DNA of 56,487 bases, the filler included, from Squatina squatina (lineage: Eukaryota): NCBI GenBank assembly GCA_031763465.1. It is 3 parts of 3 records of this genome, joined end to end, with 100 filler letters (N's around TTAATTAATTAA, not from the genome) between each part and the next. Parts side by side here need not be neighbours in the genome. Positions count along the whole stretch, not along the records: positions 42,415 to 56,487 come from JARFOE010764582.1; 2 more parts are not named here. The stretch is one strand, 5' to 3'. This document shows, one piece after another, positions 51,620-56,487 of this stretch. Position 1 is the first letter of the stretch. Each line of letters opens with the position of its first letter. Both the position numbers and the translations under genes were made by a program. The notes under the pieces were generated by a model. It saw nothing but the letters and a program-made list of their open reading frames with translations, was not told where the DNA came from and ran no database searches.

Positions 51620-53214
51620 AATAATCTTTTGTAAACTCCCAATCTGCTTGTATTTCTGCTCGTTTTGTGATAAATACTGACCAGGGAGTTCAGAGATAGC
51701 ACACGAGGCCGAATTGTGTAAATGTGAGGAACTCATTAGCGAACTCTATTCTCAATTGCTGTCCTTCACTTGGATGCAAGCAACGTTAGAGCTGTAACGG
51801 TAACCTCCACCACCCCTTTCCTCACCGTCCACTTGTATTGTAGGCGGGTGAATCCAGCAGTGAGTGGGAAACAACATCATCAGGAAAGACACAGCCATGC
51901 AATAGATGGAAGGCACCATGATAAAAATACAACACGACAGCTGAAAATCAAAAATGTGCAACCAATCAGTTTAACATAAAGTAAACCAACCGAGCAATTA
52001 ATATCTGCGGTGGCCACCAATCGCGGAAGGTTTGTAAAGATCAAACTGACAGTGTTGGCAGTTTATATGTGTAACCCGCTACACTGAATAGAAAAGTGGA
52101 AACAGCCAGAGACAGTCCTCTGACTTACACATCCTGCTGTGTGAACGGTGAATTTCACCAGTTTGAGGAACAGCCTGTCCTGGACAACTTCCAATCTGCA
52201 ATCCAAATACTGCAGGATGAATTGATAAACAACATCTACCGAGGCATTTAAATTAGCTGGTGGACAAAGTGCTGGTTATTCGCCTCAGGTCTTAATCTGA
52301 AGCCTTTGCACCGAGCAGTGCTCTCAAACCCTGGTCCCCAGTGGTGCCGGACGGAGCTCCGAATACACCACCTTGCACTGAGAATGCCCGTTCAACACCA
52401 GTTGGTAAAAACAGAGGGGATATTCCATGCGACTGTTTGTGCATCAACACAGACAGTGGGTAATTACACATCAATGTCTGAGAGTCCTCATTACTGATCC
52501 ATGTCGAAAATGTCCCAATTATAAATTCTTATTTCTTAAACTGTGTGACCAGGCTGCAGGGTAGCTTAATCAGATGAATAAAGAGCAGATTCACCATGAG
52601 ACAGATAGTAACAGCAACGAGCAACATTATTAATGTTTCGGGGAAGACTTCAACTATTTCCCATGAATCGAGACGTCAAAAAAAAACAGGTAAAACGAGG
52701 CAAAGCCAGTTAACATTCAACATGTGGTGAGACATCGCGACACTGTGGAGACAGCGGAACCACTCCTTATTCCCAGGAGAAGGGATGACTCTGCGATCAG
52801 TCCAAGCTGCAATTTTACCAAACCTGTCAGAAAATGTAAGGTGAGCGGAAGTTGTAAACAACAAAACCTTTCCCAAAAACTGATGAATGATCCGTTCAAT
52901 ATGTGGTGGAATTGATTACAGTCCTCGCAGAATCAGGTATCAAACCCGTTGATCAAATATTGTATTCAACTTATACAGTTCACTTCGTCGCTGATATTTT
53001 TCATACTTAAGGGGAATGTCTTTATTTGAGGGGAGTCACTTGGTCAAAGAACTGCAGAAACCCACGGTCCATGTCGGCATTAAATGCTGCAAAGGGCACC
53101 AAATATAGTCTGTGAGTTTTTACAAGAATAATCCTCTGTAATGGTTAGCAGAGAGAGCCCCATTCTGAACAGGAACACAAGCTATAGCAGAATTCTAATC
53201 TCCCAACCGAAGAT

Positions 53215-54131
53215 CTAACTCGGCTTTCTCTGATGTTTAACCAACCTCAGAATGAGTGTCCAGGGAGATTTCAACATCTTCTTCAGCTCTTCTCTGAACT
53301 TCCTCTGGGTCCCTGCATAAATATACGTGTTTGGACTGGAAGTCAAAAACTTCAGCATGGATCCGGTTTCAGTGGCGATATATCCAGGGTCTGTGTGGTC
53401 ACCTCGATAATAAATGGCATTTGTCATTCTGGTAGTTACAAAACACACGGCAAATGTCAGCCACAGCAATATAAAACTGCCCGATACAGTAAAGAGCAGA
53501 ATGATGGATTTCCTTCAGTTCTCCAACTCCGTATCACTGTGATTCTCACTGGACTGCCCCCGCAGCCCAGTACGGGCTCTACTCGCCAGTAAAATACGGC
53601 GGACAGTTTAGGAATTAAACAAGACAAGGAAAGTGAAAGGAAGCCAAACGCCCCAGGCGCTGTGAAACCAGATGAAGGCTACACCTAGAGGTGAGGAAAC
53701 AAAAGCCACACTAGACCGGCAGCCCCACTGCACCTTGTTAATTATTTGCTGAGATTCAAATGCAAACCAAACAGGGATGTTCTTTATAAAGATTAGGGTG
53801 GAGAACATTGTTATTACCGCGACTGCAGTTCTCGCGGAGCAGTACTTTGTTCTAAAGTGGGAGCAGATAACGACAAATCGGTCCAATGTGAAGGAGACGG
53901 TGAACCAAACAGACAAATCGAGGGTGACAACAGTCATGTATAGAATGAACTTACACACGGGAGTGTGGGACAGGAATGAAAGGGGAAAGTGATAACTGAT
54001 AATAACATACACCATAACATTGATGATCATGACCAGTAGATCCGCTGTTGCCATGGCCACCATGTAGGCAGAGATACACTTGGAAAGTCCGCAGTTTCTT
54101 CGGGAGAGAATCACAATAGTCAACATATTCG
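53215..54131 (-). pseudogene. Class A GPCR of the chondrichthyan GPR139/GPR142-like family, main exon with two in-frame stops
   Basis: One continuous frame: ANMLTIVILSR (TM1), MATADLL (TM2), VCK..SVWFTVSFTLDRF (TM3), GC in ECL2, LPF (TM5), KSIILLFTVSGSFILLWLT (TM6), SSPNTYIY..QRKFREELK (TM7/H8). Interrupted by TAA at 53608-53610 and TGA at 53515-53517. Strong acceptor tctctcttacAG at 54132-54134. Confidence 0.85.
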
Positions 54132-55418
54132 CTGTAAGAGAGAGGAGAGAAGTAATTTTCCAATGTCTGATTGAAATATCTATGGAGATATATGTTGAAA
54201 GCATTTTACTTCATTCAGTGTGATTATCACATGGAGCAGTGTGAGAACAGGATTAGTATCGGAGCCGTTACCTGGGAAACCCACCCACACATTTAATGAG
54301 CTGCTGCAGTGCTCACTCTGCACCGGGTGACAAGATTTTTCAGGAATCTGCTGTAAATATTTGTGTTGGACCTACAAAGAGCATTGTAAGATCAGTAACA
54401 TTATCAGATTAAGGGGAACATGGAAAGTTCGGACATGCAGTTCACTGTGTGTTGCTGACATCGGTGAAACTCGGTAACTTACGAACAGGGAGACAGTTAA
54501 CACCGACTAACAACTAACTGGTTACAATGGCTCAACAGGCACACCGATGGTTGCAAGAATCGGGTAATAAATCTCTTTTATCAGTAAAATAGTTGGTCGT
54601 CCCATCTTGTGTGATAATGGATGAATTCTGTCGGAGTAAAACGTCTCTGACTGGCGCACGGCTGAGGCTATGGAAGGAACCTATATGTATCCACGCATCC
54701 ATCCTCCATGGAGTCAATCAGGTTAAATCATAATCAACATTAATTACAGTCACTTAACAAATAGACCCAGGCAAGTTATTTTTTTGCCTGACACGGCAGA
54801 TGAAGAGAAATGTTTGAATTTGTTGTTGGAAATTTTCAAAAAACCTTCTTTACAAATAGAACATGCATTCTCCCAGTACTGCTGCTGACCCTATTCCCAC
54901 AGCAGTAGTGAAGGCAGCTCCACTTTCAGTACACTTTCAGACCCTACGCTTGATTCAATCCTAGAGTTCCACACCTCCGGAACAGGTGGTGAACCATATC
55001 TGCAATATTGGTGATGACCCCAGCCCTGCTGCATTAAATGTCATGGTGTTCCTCTAGTTGTTCTAGTGCACCTACACTTACAGTAGAGATGAGCGTGCCC
55101 CTATAGTGCTAACGGTCCCCTGCACTTACACTAGATGTGAAAGTGCTGCTTCTGCACTAATCGAACCCCTACTCTTAAACTCGAGTTTACAGTGATACGA
55201 CTGTACCAGTACAACATTACACTAGTGGAGAAAGTGCTCGTTCCGGTGCAACTGGAAAACTGCATTTACAGGAGAGGTGACCATCCTCCTCCAGCAGGAC
55301 AGGCAGCCCTGCATATAAACTAGTTGTGAGCTTGGTCATCTGGCACTCGTGTCTACCTAATTTTTATACCAGTGTTGATCCCACTTCAACCAGCGGTACC
55401 TCTACACATAAACTAGAG

Positions 55419-56313
55419 ATGGTAATAAGAGTGATCTTCTGGTTCTAGTGGCACCCTACATTTACACTGGTAATGAGAGTGAACTTCTGGTACTAGTGGC
55501 ACCCTACACTTACAATGGTCATGACAGTGATCTTCTGATATTAGTGGCAACTACAATTAGACTGGCAATGAGAGTGATCTTCTGGTACAAGTGGTATCCG
55601 AGACTTACACTGGTAATGAGAGTGATCTTCTGATATTAGTGGCACCCTACACTTACACTGGTAATGACAGTCATCTTCTGATACTAGTGGCACCCTATAT
55701 TTACACTGGTTATGACAGAGATCTTCTGGTACTAGTGCCACCCTACACGTATACTGGTTATGAGGGTGATCTTCTGATACTATTAAAAACCTGCACTTAC
55801 ACTGGTAATGACACTGATCTTCTGATACTAGTGGCACCCTACATTTACACTGGTTATGACAGTGATCTTATGGTACTAGTGCCACCCTACACTTACACTG
55901 GTAATGAGAGTGACCTTCTGATACTAGTGACATCCTATATTTACACTGGTAATGAGAGTGATCTTCTGGTAGTAGTGGCACCCTTCACTTACACTGGTAA
56001 TGAGAGTGATCTTCTGATACGAGTGGCACCCTATGCTTATACTGGTAATGACAGTGGTCTTCTGGTACTAGTGCCACCCTACACTTACACTGGTAAGGAC
56101 AGTGATCTTCTGGTAGTAGTGGCACCCTTCACTTCCACTGGTAATGCGGGTGATCTTCTGATACTAGTGGTACACTACACGTACACTGGTAATGACAGTG
56201 ATCTTCAGATACTAGTGGCACCCTACACATACACTGGGAATGAAAGTGATCATCTGGTACTAGTGGCACCCTACACTTACACAGGTAATGCCAGTGATCT
56301 TCTGATACTAGTG
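55419..56313 (+). repeat. 48-bp minisatellite, about 18-19 copies, with decayed copies back to about 55060
   Basis: Consensus actggtaatgagagtgatcttctgatactagtggcaccctacacttac; open frame 55591-56316 gives (TGNESDLLILVAPYTY)n. Confidence 0.95.
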
Positions 56314-56314
56314 T

Positions 56315-56398
56315 AATATTCAGGAGGGATAATATTCAATATTCAGGAGGGATATAATCAATATTCAGGAGGAATAATATTCAATATTCAGGAGGGAT
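56315..56398 (+). repeat. About 23-bp tandem repeat (3.5-4 copies) at a CR1 junction
   Basis: Unit aatattcaggagggataatattc. Confidence 0.8.
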
Positions 56399-56487
56399 AG
56401 ACAGAAAGGCAAAGGAGGTGGGGTAGCGTTGCTGGTTAGAGAGGAGATTAACGCAATAGAAAGGAAGGACATTAGCTTGGAGGATGT
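56384..56487 (+). mobile_element. CR1 ORF2 endonuclease fragment, running off the window
   Basis: Translates to IFRRDRQKGKGGGVALLVREEINAIERKDISLED, containing the APE motif R.DR...GGGVAL. Confidence 0.8.

Noticed and set aside
54132-54204. N-terminal MLSTYISIDISIRHWKITSLLSLT of the GPCR ORF
   Set aside because: Overlaps the polypyrimidine tract and acceptor; most likely translated intron.
55419-56313. CRISPR-like array (also the 26-bp and 31-bp arrays)
   Set aside because: Units are contiguous with no unique spacers, no cas genes are present, and the context is vertebrate.

Overview
Vertebrate, almost certainly cartilaginous-fish (shark-like), genomic DNA from a very fragmented assembly. 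The taxon is inferred from SacSINE1/Deu-type SINEs, abundant CR1/L2-type LINE remnants and a GPR139-like GPCR. The window is not one locus. Two artificial 100-nt spacers (44 N + TTAATTAATTAA + 44 N, at 19760-19859 and 42315-42414) join three unrelated scaffolds. Segment 1 (1-19759) is the conserved PRCP-DDIAS-RAB30-PCF11 block: one PRCP exon, the first and last DDIAS coding exons, a complete four-exon RAB30 CDS (203 aa), and PCF11 exon 1 with its promoter. Segment 2 (19860-42314) holds two coding exons of STXBP6 (amisyn) among repeats. Segment 3 (42415-56487) holds a GPR139-like GPCR pseudogene with two in-frame stops, CR1 remnants, orphan promoter-like motif clusters, and 26-bp and 48-bp minisatellites. 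The 48-bp array reads as an open 16-aa-repeat ORF. Many exons are missing, presumably inside 100-N gaps of unknown size. I found no convincing novel multi-gene system. The best leads are the 16-aa repeat ORF, the substituted PCF11 CID, the GPCR pseudogene, an orphan promoter with exon-like segments, and several hairpin or TIR elements. Family assignments come from recalled sequences, not database searches.
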